From the NCBI GenBank assembly GCA_964035575.1, contig OZ037833.1, forward strand, positions 2,232,001 to 2,296,000: a stretch of DNA of 64,000 bases, read 5' to 3'. A program made the position numbers and the translations under genes. This document shows positions 49,282-61,746 of the stretch, one piece after another (position 1 is the first letter of the stretch; the number at the start of each line of letters is the position of its first letter). The DNA is from Rhynchopus sp. YZ270_cl-10 (lineage: Eukaryota). Under the pieces are notes generated by a model. The model was not told where the DNA came from. It worked only from the letters and a program-made list of their open reading frames with translations, and did not search any database.

Positions 49282-50980
49282 CCACTCGCCAAAAAAAAAT
49301 TTGTGGTCACCTTTTTTGGACTTTTCGTGTTGAAAAAACGGGGGGAAAACGCAAAAAAAAAGCAAAAAGTTTAAATTCCCTCCATTACACTCCATTACAC
49401 CCCATTACACATGAATTACGCCGTGCCCGGGACACCCCATATAGTGCAAAATATGCAGCTTTTTATACCACAGAGTCACTCAATGAACCCTTTTTAGGGG
49501 TTCTCTTACGTGTGAGGCTTTCTCTTCTGTGAGTAAGAAAGTGGCGCGGGGCGACGAATAACTGAATCCCGAATCCCACTTTTTTTTATTTTTCCCCAAA
49601 CCAGTAAACCAGCTTGTTCTGGTTTTGAAACCAGCAAAAGTACCCAAGCTATTTCCCTGGTCTGTGCAATACGTGTGGGGGGTTTTCGGGTGAGGGGGGT
49701 CTGTGGAGAGGGAAAAATATGAAACGTGCCACCCCCCAGGCCCACTCCCCTGCGTTACCTTACCACTAGTTTTTTTTAAGACTAGTTTTTTTTTTGGGAT
49801 TTCAAAAATAATGCGCGCGCGCATAATGAGAAACGAGAAAAAAACTTGCCCTGCCCTAATCGAAAGAAAAAATACAATTTAACCTACATAGTGCTTACAT
49901 AGTGCTTACATAAGCCCCGACATAGTGCTTACACAATGCTTACATAATAACAGGTTCAGATTAAAAAATTTAACGAAAATTCTCAAAAATTTTAAAATTT
50001 AGCTATCATAATACGTCGACCCCCCCTTTACTCTTTCTTTTTTTTTTTTTTGAAAATTTGTTGTATTAGTGTAAACCCGAGGTTGAGCTTCACTATACAA
50101 AACGCTTTTTACGTAACCGTTTGTTTGTTTCTTTTGCGCTTTTGACAAAAAAAAAAAAAGAGCGTTTTTTTGGTGTCAAAGGGGGAAAAGCTGAAATGCA
50201 AAGCCCTCTCGTGAGAATATACCTAAGAAAAAGGGATTTGACTCAAAGTTTGAAATACATTTTTGTATTTATTGCACGTCGGGGCACTTGCTGTTGTCAA
50301 AATGCAACGAAAAAGGGAGATTCTGCGCACAATTATCGCCAGAGTAGAGAGCTGGGATGCAATTTACAGAAGAAAAAAAGTGAAATTTTGATAAAGCGCA
50401 AACGCCTCCAGGACGTAGGCACTGATCTCTTTTTTGTGGAACAAAAAAAAAAAGGGATTCAAGAAAAAACCTCGTCCTTCAATAATATGACAGAGAACGA
50501 GAATAAGGAAACTCTAATTTAGAGAGTTCTCCATACAGCCTGCTTCAAGAGAAGATGCATATTTTGGGTTTTTTTTTTTTTTTTTTCCATTGATCCTCCC
50601 TGGAATGCAATAAAGCAGAAAACACACTGCAAACATCAAAAAAAAAAATGAGAAAAATATATTCCTCCAAAATGACGTCAGAAACGCGGCAGTGAGTTCG
50701 TGAACAGAGAGTTACACTAACACATATCAGGCAAACAAAAGACCCTCTGCTAGCATCAACTCTTGGTGGCTGTGAAAATTATGAATTGGAACGCAGAGGA
50801 TGACTACCTTGCACTTTTTGTGGTATTTTTTTTTTAATTGTAGTAAGATGATGGCCTTACAGTAGGCGTAGAGAAGAAGAAGAAAAAGAAAAACAAATAA
50901 ACTTATCAGAATGCCCTCACCTACAGGACACAACAGCTCCGGAGAAGAAAAATATATCCTTACTTTTCCAAACAGTTTTG

Positions 50981-53900
50981 GGGGGGTCCGTAAGTTTGTG
51001 TATTCGTGTGTAAAATTTCCGGCCCTTTTGGGTGAAAAAAAAAAAAGGGTGAGGGGAGTTGGGTCCAGTCATAGGGGGTATAGCATATTTTTTGGAAAAT
51101 TCTTCAAAAAAGCAAGGATTTTTGCTGAGCACAATGAAATTTTCAGAAAAATCCCAATTTTCGGCCAAATTTGGAGCAAATTAGGGCCCACACACCCCGA
51201 TTTTGGGTCAAAAACCGATTTCATTTTTGCTCAGGAGTGCCTACGATTCCGCAAACCAGAGGTCCTCTGGATGCATGCATTGATAAACACAACACTGGAA
51301 ATTGCAAGGAACAGGTCTGCATGCGTGTTCTCTAGCCACTACAGCTACAGGGTATGCACAAAATGACCGTATTGTGGTTGAATTTTGACTTGCAAATGTT
51401 TATTCACGAACATGTATTTCTGAGGTTTTTTGGATTCTTTGGGCCATTTTATGACTTCGGGTGCCTACCACGCCCGTTTTTGGGCAATAAAAATTTTTTT
51501 GTCTGGTCAAAAATCGCCTTGTACTTGTGAAAGGAATTGCTAAGGAAATGTGAAATATGCGTGTTTTGGTACACAAAAGTGCGTTTTGGGTGCTTCTGAA
51601 GGGTCAAAACACCAAAATGTTGCGTTTTTTTGCGTTTTTGGTCTCCCAAGGACCCACTATTTTGGGTGAATTTTTTTTTCACCTTTGCGAAAAAAAACTG
51701 AAAAATCACGGCTATAAGAACGCTAAGAAAAATCGATATTCATTTTTTGGGCAGAAAAGTGCGTTTTAGGTGCCCACCGATGGTCAAAACATCAATTTTT
51801 TTTGTGTTTTTGGCATCTTTGGACACCCAAGGACCCATTATCGGGGTGATTTCTTTTTGCCTGAGATTTGCCTTTGCCAAAATCGAAAAAAAAAAAAAAT
51901 TGTGGCGGAATTTGCTAAGGAAAAGCCGAAATTGTGGGCCCTGTAGTAATGCATAAGGTGCATAATGCATATGGTTTACCCCCAGATCGTCAAAACACCC
52001 GATTTTTGCGTTTTTTTGCACTTTTTGGTGACCAAAAACCCAACTCAGGGGTCGAAATTTTCCCGAAAAAAAAAATTTTTTTTTTGAGATTTTTCGATTT
52101 TTTGACAAGGCGCTGGCCCATACAAAGTGCACTGGTGGTGCAGAAAATGGCTGGGGAATAAACTCTAGATGCTCAAAACAGCTCAATTCTTGCTTTTTTT
52201 GACTTTTTGGTCCCAGGAGGGTGCCTAGGGTGTAGTGAACAGGCCTCAAAAACACTTGTGAAAAAAAAATTTTGGGATTTTTTTTTTTTGAGATTTTTGA
52301 AAAATCGGCCGATTTTGCGACCAATTTTGGCTGGGGAATTTCGACGACCAAAGGGTCCCCCCTTTGGTTTTTTCCAAAAAATCGGGTATTTTTTGTGTGT
52401 ACAATTGTACACCCGGTCTGCCGGTCTTTTTCGAGGGTGGGTAGGACCGGCCCTTATAGCCGGTAATCCTTAGGGGGGTCCGTAAATAGACCGGCAACGA
52501 CCAGACACGTAATTTGTGTGTATGGCCGGTCTTTAGCCGGTCTTTAGGGTCCGTAAAAAGACCGGCTCTTAAGGATTACCGGCTATAAGGGCCGGTCCCA
52601 CCCACCCTCGAAAAAGACCGGCAGACCGGGTGTACAATTGTACACACAAAAATTTACGTACGATCTTCCTTCTAAGGTGCTCGCTCTCCATACCTAGACC
52701 CTCGAATTTTTTTTTTTTGCCCCTATATTGGGCTAATTTCGACGATTTGAGGCCATTAAAAGCAAAATTTGGCACTTTTGAGCATCTAGGGGGGTCTAAA
52801 ACGCGGTTCCGCGAACCCAAAATTTCGTGATTTTTACCAAAAACAAGCGATTTTTGAAAAAATCTCAAAAAAAAAAAATCCCAATTTTTTTTTTCACAAG
52901 TGTTTTTGAGGCCTGCTCACTACACCCTATGTACCCTTCTGGGACCAAAAAGTCAAAAAAAGCATGAATTGGGCTGTTTTGAGCATCTAGAGTTTATTCC
53001 CCGGCCATTTTCTGTACCACCGGTGCATTTTGTATGGGGCAGCGCCTTGTCAAAATCGAAAAATCGAAAAAAAAAAATTTTTTTTTTCGGGAAAATTTCG
53101 ACCCCTGAGTTGGGTTTTTGGGCACCAAAAAGTGCAAAAAAACGCAAAAATCGGGTGTTTTGACGATCTGGGGGTAAACCATATGCATTATCCGGGGTAT
53201 TTTTTTTGGGATACCATCAACCCGGTAGGGGGTGATGGGGAATTTTTTGAGATACCATCGAGCCGGACTCAATTGGTCAAACGTCGAAGGAAAAGGAAGC
53301 ATGCAGCATGGCGAAAGGAAAAAAGTAGCGTACCGTGCGCCTGCGGCGCAAGCTTGCATCACACCCTTCCCATGACATAGTTTGGCAGTAAAAATGTCCA
53401 AGTTTAAGCGCAATTTTTTGAAATGTTGCGTACCGTGGCTTCGCCTGGAACCTTTGGGTGACATGTCGCCATTTCTTTTGTAAAAAAACTGAGGTTACTG
53501 ATAATTCGTGCACCATGTGTGCCTGGTGCAAATATCAATGAAGTGCCGAACTCCGCCGTTGGATGACCGAGGAACTCTCACATTCCGCCGGAGGCCCCCA
53601 ACTCGAGCTGGGGTGGGCTCGATTGAGTTTTCTTCTTGTGACTAGCTTGTCAGCGGAGAAAGCTCGGGAAGCACTAGTAAAAATCACTTTTCTCTCTCTC
53701 TTTTTTTTTTTTTTTTCAAATGGGTCGATGGTTTTGGCTGAGGCCCGGGAGTTAGGCTGAGGCCTGGGCAAATCTCAGGAAAAAAAATCACCCCGATAGT
53801 GGGTCCTTGGGTGTCCAAAGATGCCAAAAACACAAAAAAAATTGATGTTTTGACCATCGGTGGGCACCTAAAACGCACTTTTCTGCCCAAAAAAATGAAT

Positions 53901-54907
53901 ATCTGGTACTCCAGAAATAAAAAATACCAAGTACGCAACAACTACGCAACAAGTACGCAATATAGGGTATTCCTGTATTTTTTTTTTCGTGCACAAAGTG
54001 CGCAACAAGTACGCAGCAAGTACGCAACAAGTACGCAAAATGGAGTTATCAGGAGTCCAATATCGATTTTTCCTTAGCGTTCTTATAGCCGTGATTTTTC
54101 AGTTTTTTTTCACAAAAAAATTCACCGAAAATAGTGTGTCCTTGGGAGATCAAAAACGCAAAAAAACGCAAAATTTTGGTGTTTTGACCCTTCAGAAGCA
54201 CCCAAAACGCACTTTTGTGTACAAAAACACACATATTTCACATTTCCTTAGCAATTCCTTTCACAAGTACAAGGCGATTTTTGACCAGACAAAAAATTTT
54301 TATTGCTCAAAAACGGGCGTGGTAGGCACCCGAAGTCATAAAATGGCCCAAAGAATCCAAAAAACCTCAGAAATACATGTTCGTGAAAAACATTTGCAAG
54401 TCAAAATTCAACCACAATACGGTCATTTTGTGCATACCCTGTAGCTGTAGTGGCTAGAGAACACGCGTGCAGACCTGTTCCTTGCAATTTCCAGTGTTGT
54501 GTTTATCAATGCATGCATCCAGAGGACCTTTGGTTTACGTAATCGTAGGCACTCCTGAGCAAAAATGAAGTCGGTTTTTGACCCAAAATCGGGGTGTGTG
54601 GGCCCTAATTTGCTCCAAATTTGGCCGAAAATTGGGATTTTTCTGAAAATTTCATTGTGCTCAGCAAAAATCCTTGCTTTTTTGAAGAATTTTCCAAAAA
54701 ATATGCTATACCCCCTATGACTGGACCCAACTCCCCTCACCCTTTTTTTTTTTCACCCAAAAGGGCCGGAAATTTTACACACTAATACACAAACTTACGG
54801 ACCCCCCTTAAGAGCCGGTCTTTTTACGGACCCTAAAGACCGGCTAAAGACCGGCTATACACACTAATTACGTGTCTGGTCGTTGCCGGTCTATTTACGG
54901 ATCCCCC
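50981..54907. mobile_element. Composite of four TTAA-delimited non-autonomous units: A 50981-52469, B 52473-52568, C 52573-54807 (inverted, longer A) and D 54812-54907 (inverted B)
   Basis: ~760-bp inverted repeat (50981-51740 / 54060-54807) plus further inverted blocks. Junctions read CC-TTA-GGGGGG, CTC-TTAA-GG and CCCCCC-TTAA-GAG. Confidence 0.72.
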
Positions 54908-55752
54908 TTGGACGTTTTTTTTATTCATAAAATTGAGAAAGTTGCAGAACATAACAAATAAAAAACGCACATTTGCCGAAAGGGACAGGAAAGCGGCATA
55001 CTAAACTACAAAACATATTTTTGTTGTAAGAAAACACGAGGGGGGGAAATGGGTCGAAGTCGCAAGAGTAAATATGGTTTCCAATGCATTTTTTCTGCCT
55101 ACCCTTTGGAATTCCCTTTATCAATTCATAAGGGGTCAGGGAGGGGTGTACATGGTTAATAATTCAGTTCGTTCATTGGTACTAGGTAGAAAAACAATAT
55201 TTGAAAGAGAAATGTATCGTGTCTACACGTTGCTTGTTTGTACACCTTTGGAAAGGTTCGATCACAAAGAAGCAACACAGAACAGGCACCAAAAAGAGAG
55301 AGAGAGAGAAAGATGGTAAGGTGAGCATAAATTTCAGTCACCCAAAAAAATATTTTCTATCTTTGAAAAACGTGGCCTCAGAGAGAAAAAAAACCCATCG
55401 AAGCGTTTTTCCACCTTGAGCCTTAATGAAAACCGGTACACGTTTTAAGGGTGTTTTAAAAGCCGTGTGTTACATTCAGGCTTCCCGAATGGGGCATGGG
55501 GGAAGGCTTCGATGGAAAAATAGAGTAAAGGTTATCACAGAAAATTATGTGCCAGAGAGTTGCGACTTACTTTCTCAGAGCCGCAAACCTCGAGAACGTG
55601 TTTGACGAAAGAGGGGAGATAGACAAAACTGTAAAGAATTCGGCACCAATTGACACGGGTTTTTATTTCGTTTGTAAAAGGGACACTCACGTATCACAAA
55701 GCAGCATGCAACCAAGCGTGCTGACCGCGATTCCCCTTCCCAGAACCCTAGA

Positions 55753-57177
55753 CTACACTACATTGTAAGCACTTCGATACGAATCTGGCTCAACTTGAGA
55801 CATTGGGGCACCGCGAGAGAGGGAGCGTCCTCTGCCTACTGCGTCGCCCATGGCAGCTGCTGCGCCTGTGTACGGGGTGTTGAAGGTGCCTATCTCGGCA
55901 GAAGCCGTAGACTCTGCCAGGATGTCACGTTCTTGGTACGTAGGAGTCGCCTGGTTGACTAAGAGCTGAGACTCCATGTACGGCTTCGGTGTCTCGTTCC
56001 TGCTGTACACCATGTAAAACAGAAGAATACACAACAGAAGCGCAGCCACAGCCGCCATCACCAGAATCGCCCACACAGGAAAGCCGTCGTCGCTGCTGTC
56101 AGATGCTGCATCCCCGGCATTCGAGATCGGCACCCCCGTCACCTGCAAGGTAGGTATCCGCGTAGCCGGCACAACAGTTGGCGTGGCTGTTGCAGGCGCA
56201 GGTGTCGGTGGCGACTGTGTCGCTGGGGCAGACGTTGCTGGTGCCGGTGTTGGCGGTGCTGGCGTCAAAGGAGCGTCTGTGGGCGGTGCCAGTGTAGGTG
56301 GCGCAGGTGTCGGGGGTATCGCTGTCGGTGGTGCTGGTGTCGGCGGCGACGGTGTTGCAGGCGCATAAGTGGGCGGTGCAGGTGTAGGCGGACTAGGGGT
56401 TGGCGGCACCGGTGTGGGTGGTGCAGGTGTTGGTGGTGATGGGGTAGGAGGTGCGCGTGTAGGGGGTGCCGGTGTGGGTGGGCTTGGCGTGGGTGGCACA
56501 GGTGTTGGAGGTGCCGGAGTTGGTGGACTTGGAGTCGGTGGCGCGGGTGTGGGTGGAGCTGGTGTTGGGGGTGCTGGTGTGGGTGGCGACGGCGTTGGCG
56601 GTGCTGGGGTAGGGGGTGCCGGTGTTGGTGGTGCCGGTGTGGGTGGGCTTGGTGTCGGCGGCGCAGGTGTTGGAGGTGCTGGAGTTGGTGGCGAAGGTGT
56701 AGGTGGCGCGGGTGTGGGTGGTGACGGGGTCGGTGGTGCAGGCGTTGGCGGGGCTGGGGTCGGAGGGCTTGGGGTGGGCGGTGCGGGTGTGGCATCCCAC
56801 CTCTCGCACCTGACGATGCCTTCATCTGTTGCAAGCCAGGCTTCATTGTTTGTTTTGCAGGATCGAGAAGTTCCCCAGCACCCCGCGGTGCCGCTGCATT
56901 TGTTTAGTCCACAATCTGCGTCACACATACCCGAAGTTGTGCACAGGAATGGAAAGTTTATTTTCGACAAAGCAAGAATGATTGCGTCAGCATTCGCGTT
57001 GATAGAAAAGTACTCCCCTGCGTATGTCGACGCAAGCTGACACTGATCATGCCCCGCTGTAGCAGCGGGCTTGTAACACCAACACTCGTCTGACACTAAA
57101 ACACATCCGTTCGCCGCACAATCATTTCCTGTCGACTCTTGGACTAACAATAACACACATAATAGCCATTTTCGCAT
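55753..57177 (-). CDS. Type I membrane/surface protein (~474 aa): signal peptide, Cys-rich domain, TP(A/S/V)PP repeat stalk, TM helix and cytosolic tail
   Basis: N-terminus [13 protein letters not shown]; about 40 pentapeptide repeats with varied third codon positions; [25 protein letters not shown]. Confidence 0.88.
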   Translation of the reverse strand: MRKWLLCVLLLVQESTGNDCAANGCVLVSDECWCYKPAATAGHDQCQLASTYAGEYFSINANADAIILALSKINFPFLCTTSGMCDADCGLNKCSGTAGCWGTSRSCKTNNEAWLATDEGIVRCERWDATPAPPTPSPPTPAPPTPAPPTPSPPTPAPPTPSPPTPAPPTPAPPTPSPPTPAPPTPAPPTPAPPTPSPPTPAPPTPAPPTPAPPTPSPPTPAPPTPVPPTPSPPTPAPPTRAPPTPSPPTPAPPTPVPPTPSPPTPAPPTYAPATPSPPTPAPPTAIPPTPAPPTLAPPTDAPLTPAPPTPAPATSAPATQSPPTPAPATATPTVVPATRIPTLQVTGVPISNAGDAASDSSDDGFPVWAILVMAAVAALLLCILLFYMVYSRNETPKPYMESQLLVNQATPTYQERDILAESTASAEIGTFNTPYTGAAAAMGDAVGRGRSLSRGAPMSQVEPDSYRSAYNVV

Positions 57178-57552
57178 AATGTGGCCCCCATCCTGTGTGG
57201 TGTTTGAAGGTAATGATGAATTCAGGGTCATGAAGAATCAAAATAAAGCTCTTTTTTTCTGGCACGAGAAACTTGTTAATAAAACCGCAAAGCAGCAGAA
57301 CAGAAACAGAACATAATAAAACACCCAAACAGACGGAAGATCTGTCGGGTATGATTACCAATTCCCTATTGTGTAAATGAGGGCTTCTTTCTAATGGTGG
57401 GCCTTTTTGTTGCTGCTTGTTCTTGTTAACACGTAGGAGAAAACCTTGAGAACACGAACAACACAGCAAAATGGGCAAGCAGATGACATAAAAAGTCACA
57501 ACAAAAATGGCAAAGTCAGAACAAGAGGGGAAATATCTTAGTTACTCTCCCC

Positions 57553-59857
57553 TTAGCGGAACTGCGCATGGAATTTCTCCGGTACGTTTCCTTTGTGCAC
57601 AGCAAACACATCCACCGCACCTACCCCTTCAAGAACCGTTCGTGTGAAGGATTCAAACTCCGACGAGGCTAGCACCACGCCTTTGTGCAGAAGGTTGAAA
57701 TTGGCAGCTTCCAAGAACTGCAAAAACTCTGTGCCGCTGTGGCCTGACCTGCTCAGCATTTGAGGGTGAAAATTAGTACGGATCACGTCAATACTGTTCC
57801 TCTCCAGCAAATCCTGTGCACCGAGCAGCGCTTCATGTTCGTAGCCGTGGTTGTTCAACTTCAGAAAGTGGACATGGGTCGTGACGACCTCGTCTAAAGA
57901 TGTCTCTTGCTGGGGACGCGCGAGACGTTCTTCTTCTGTCGCATTCCTCCCTCGTCCGACGCTTCGCTTGTGAAGTTGAATATTGTCAAATTTGTTGAGC
58001 AGCTTGCTTTCTTCGAGCAGACCGTTGTACGTCGGGTTCGCTTCGAACACCACCACATCATGTTCCTGTGGGTGAAGTGTGCAGCCACAGGAGGTGCAAT
58101 GCAACATACCCTGCTTGCGAGCTCCATGGTGCAAACACCGATGTGTCCTCCGACTTCCACGACTAGGGCCGTTGTTGCCTGGGGAGATTGTAAGAAAAGT
58201 CAAAAAGGGACAAAAAGTGAAAAAAGGTTTTGTTTTTGTCTTGTACAAAAGGGATAAGCGAAATACACACCTTGGTCGCCATTTTGACAATGTCGACATA
58301 GACGTTGAGTGCGGAGCAGTCCATCCAACTGCCGTGGTGCTTGAAGTAGTCGGACACCTCGTCGCCCCGCTTCAGGCAGAGGGTGAACTGTGGCAGTGTT
58401 TTGCTTGTCGCAGCAGGGTAGTTGTTCTCGCAGTAGATCTTGACGTCGCGCGGTGCAGGCACAGAGTTCTGCTTAATGGTGTCACCCACGGAGAGAGGTG
58501 TGACAACGGGGTCGCTGAAAAAGGGGACCTTGATTGTGCGGTGGGGCCTTGCAGCCTGTCTTGCCAGGTACTGTGCTTCTGTCTGTGTGAGGACATGGGC
58601 ACTCTCTGGTTCTCTGATATCAAGGCAAGAGCGAATCAGCAGAAACGGCCGCCCCTGGTGGTCTGTGGGGAAGCCACCTGTGGGGATGCCGTACTCAGGG
58701 GATTTCCACATGTTGACAGCGGAGAGAACTGACTTTGCCTTCTCTGTGTCTTCAAAGTCCAGCAAGTCGGACCTCGCAAAGAAGCACGTCGTCCCCGAGG
58801 ACTCGCAGTACACCAGCTGGTACCCAAAGCAGTCCGCAAGCGTCGCGTACGCCTGCACAGAGGCACCAAACCAGTCCGTCATCCCGCATCGCCCGCTTTC
58901 AGCACCAAACTCAATGAGAGCGGGGTGCGGAACACTGATAGACGTGTCGGTCATCCATTTGCTGTTCACATTCACAGCTAGGACTCGCGGAGTGTACTTA
59001 GCCTGCAGGATGTTCCTCAGAATCCAGTAGTCGAAGCAGCCGGACCCGAGGACAAGCACGTCGAGGTTGAGGGGAATATTGTACTTTACCATGAGGTCTG
59101 CGATGGTGTCCACTGCGACGATCTCTGCAAAGAGACCTATTGCTTCGTCCTCTTCTGTTTCATCAAAAAGGATACCTTTCCAGCTCTTGTCCCCTAGGAA
59201 GCGGGTCAGTGCGTCCCACCCACCGCCTGCGTGCAGCTCCAGATACACCGAGCTGTCAACCCCGAGCACGGAGAGCAGTGCCCAGAGCACACCTTCTTCG
59301 CCGGTTGTGCGATAGCTTTTCTGCTCGACACAGAGCAGGCTGTGTAGCCATGTATTTTTCCCAAGGCCGTCCACACGCGAGGGCTCCGCTTTGATGAGAA
59401 TGTTGTCTGTGTTCTCACGGTGGCAGTCGTAGTTCTGGAGGATGTGCTTCTGCTGGTCAGGTTCCAATGCAAAGATTTTGTTATAACGTTCGCTGTACAC
59501 AAACGGGGGGGCAGGGGTGGCGGGGATCGATGTCGGTGGCGGTGGCGGTGGGAGAGGGAGATTTGTCTCTACCCGTGCAGAAGTGTTGTCCCTACGCTGT
59601 GGTATCGCAGTGCGGGAAGGGACTGACAGAGCAGGGTGTGGGGTGCGTGCTGGACCTCCGTGTCTGTTCAGATCAAGCTTAATAGGCGTACCATTCCTGA
59701 TGCGTGCAAGAAGCTGTTCCTTCACCATCCGTGGTGTCAATACAACAGGCTTATTCAACTTATTTCCATCCAAAACTGATGTGAACAAAAACGATACAAC
59801 GCATCCAACGACAAGTGCACCTAATAACCGTGGGTTGCAACCCGTCCTACTCATCAT
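57553..59857 (-). CDS. Type II membrane protein with two FkbM-family SAM methyltransferase domains (~722 aa). Exons 59857-58271, 58178-58110, 58065-57553
   Basis: Domain 1: YLELHAGGG...LDVLVLGSGCFDYWI...PRVLAVNVN...GASVQAY...GYQLVYC. Domain 2: VVEVGGHIG...VVVFEANP...FLKLNNHGYEHEALLGA. Joined by phase-0 GT-AG introns of 92 and 44 bp. Confidence 0.8.
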
Positions 59858-60923
59858 AAAGCTGTGTAATATGTTTATAAAAAAACAAACTGGAGAAAAG
59901 GTGTCGGGGAGAAAAAAAGTTGGTAAGATGAGTCATGTTCGGAAAACAGAAGGGGGAAAGGGATGTTTGTTTTGCGGTGCAACTTTTTTTTTTTGCTTCC
60001 CTTTTTTTTTTTGGAAGGAAGAGAGGGAAGGGGCGGAGGTGAAAGGGTGCTTTTCTGAAACGTACTGAGAAATTTAAAAAAAACACACCCTTCTCCTTCA
60101 AGAGGGAGAAAGGGCAAACAAAAAACAAAAACTAAATAAAATATCCCCCCTCTGGTTGTGTTTCTGTGAGAACTCTATGGGATATTTGGCTCGCTACCAA
60201 TCTCTCGCTAATGCCAATTGTTCAGTCCTTGCAGGTGAACATACAACAGAGGAAAACCCTCCTTGCTTGGAGACAACAGGGCAAAAGGAACACGCACAAC
60301 TTTTGAACAAAAAATAATAATAACAACGGGGTTGTCATCAACACACGTGCCACCTGCCTGAAGAAAAAAAAAATTAGGAATTCCACACAGGGACTGCATA
60401 AGATCCGAATTATTTTCGAGTGGTTTTCCCAATTCATCATAGCCGAAAAGAGGTTGCGCAGCATTCACCAATAATTTTAACAATAAAAACTAGCGAAGTT
60501 CATAACGTGCGGACCGAAGCACCTAACATTAAGAAAAACTTAGTTTGACCACACGTTGACTGTGCTAAAACACTCCAGCGTATGAGTCTCACCACAGTTG
60601 TGCAATCTCCACTTATTTATATTTTTTTTAAAAATTTGGTTGTATCAGTGTAGCCCGAAGATGAGCTCCACCATTATTTTTTTTCCCTTTGTTCTGTTTT
60701 TTTTTTTTTTTTTTTTTTTGCGATATTGCTTTTTTTTGGAAAAATTACTGCAAGATTAGTGTCGATATCACCACTTTTTTTGTACAGTCCACTTATTTTT
60801 GCTTTATTTCTTCCCCGATTTCCTACGTTGGTGCGTCGGTCATTTTGGAAAAAATGCGCACCCAAGAAAGGAGAAAAACATGTCAAAGGACGGAAGCCCT
60901 TTCTTTATTTTTCCATCCCATCT

Positions 60924-61746
60924 TCAAACCACTGCCTGGGGCTCCTGAATGTAGCCCATTTCGGGGTCTGGTGTATGGCTAATAGGAGGAAGGGTGATGC
61001 GTTGTGGCGACTGTGGGTTTGGTGTTCGGCAACTGCTCACCTTGCATTGGATGTGACGGAACTTGCTCAGTGTGAAAGGACCCTTATCTGGAGGCGCCTG
61101 CTGCTCAGAGACGGGGGGGTGGATGAACTGTCTCTTCTGTGCACCCTTGCTGCCGCCCTTGGGATTGAAATCGCTGTCGCGTGTGACGGCAATCTTCTGC
61201 TGTTCCTTCACCCATTCCAGCGCAAAACGGTTCGTCATCAAATCCTTCACACATTCCTCTGTTTTAGTGCGCGAACCAAACGTCCGCTGCTCGGCTGAGA
61301 TCGGGATTTCGTACTTAAGAGGCTTTCTATTTTTGGTTTTGGGGACGCGGATGTCGTGGTCTTGGCGGTAGCCCTTCACATCTTTGCTGGTCACACAAGA
61401 GCTGATGGCACTGCGTTTGTTCATTTTGACGAAATCCTTCGACCCAAGCTCGCGCATACGTCTGCTCTTTGTGTGCTCCACCCACGTCAGCACCACCTCA
61501 CCTGCTGTTTCGGGGTCTCTCTTGGAAGGCATGCCATATGTGAAGTCTGGACAGGTAGGGAGGGTTGGGTGGGGTGGGGTGGTCGGCACACATACCAGAG
61601 TCGACGTGTAGCGGGGCACTGCCAGTACAACGTGCCTTGCCTACCTCGTAACGCACGACAAGTGGGTTGTCCACAGGCCTCTTCTTACCAATGATGATGT
61701 CGGTAGGACAGTCATATGAGTCCTGTGGCTCCTGAGGATTCACCAT
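60924..61746 (-). CDS. CFAP77: CFAP77-like flagellar protein (~257 aa). Exons 61746-61596, 61546-60924
   Basis: NPLVVRYEVGKA...DFTYG...AGEVVLTW...DFVKMNKRSA...TFGSRT...VKDLMTNRF...FTLSKF pattern; 49-bp phase-1 intron. Confidence 0.7.

Larger units (their letters stand above)
47185..50027. mobile_element. Non-autonomous Kolobok-like DNA transposon (TTAA target) hosting nested elements
   Basis: TIR AGGGGGGGTCGACGTATTATG (47185-47205 / 50007-50027) flanked by TTAA and TTAC. Subterminal inverted block AGGGCAGGGCAAGTTTTTTTCTCGTTTCT (~47350 / ~49830). RR..YY ends plus TTAA fit Kolobok. Confidence 0.72.

Noticed and set aside
50911..54740. Short ORFs in the inverted-repeat block as transposase remnants
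   Set aside because: Lys/Phe-rich homopolymer translations without DDE or other catalytic motifs
56183..57040. Gly-rich plus-strand ORFs (GGAGV)n
   Set aside because: Antisense of the TPAPP repeat gene, which has a signal peptide and TM helix
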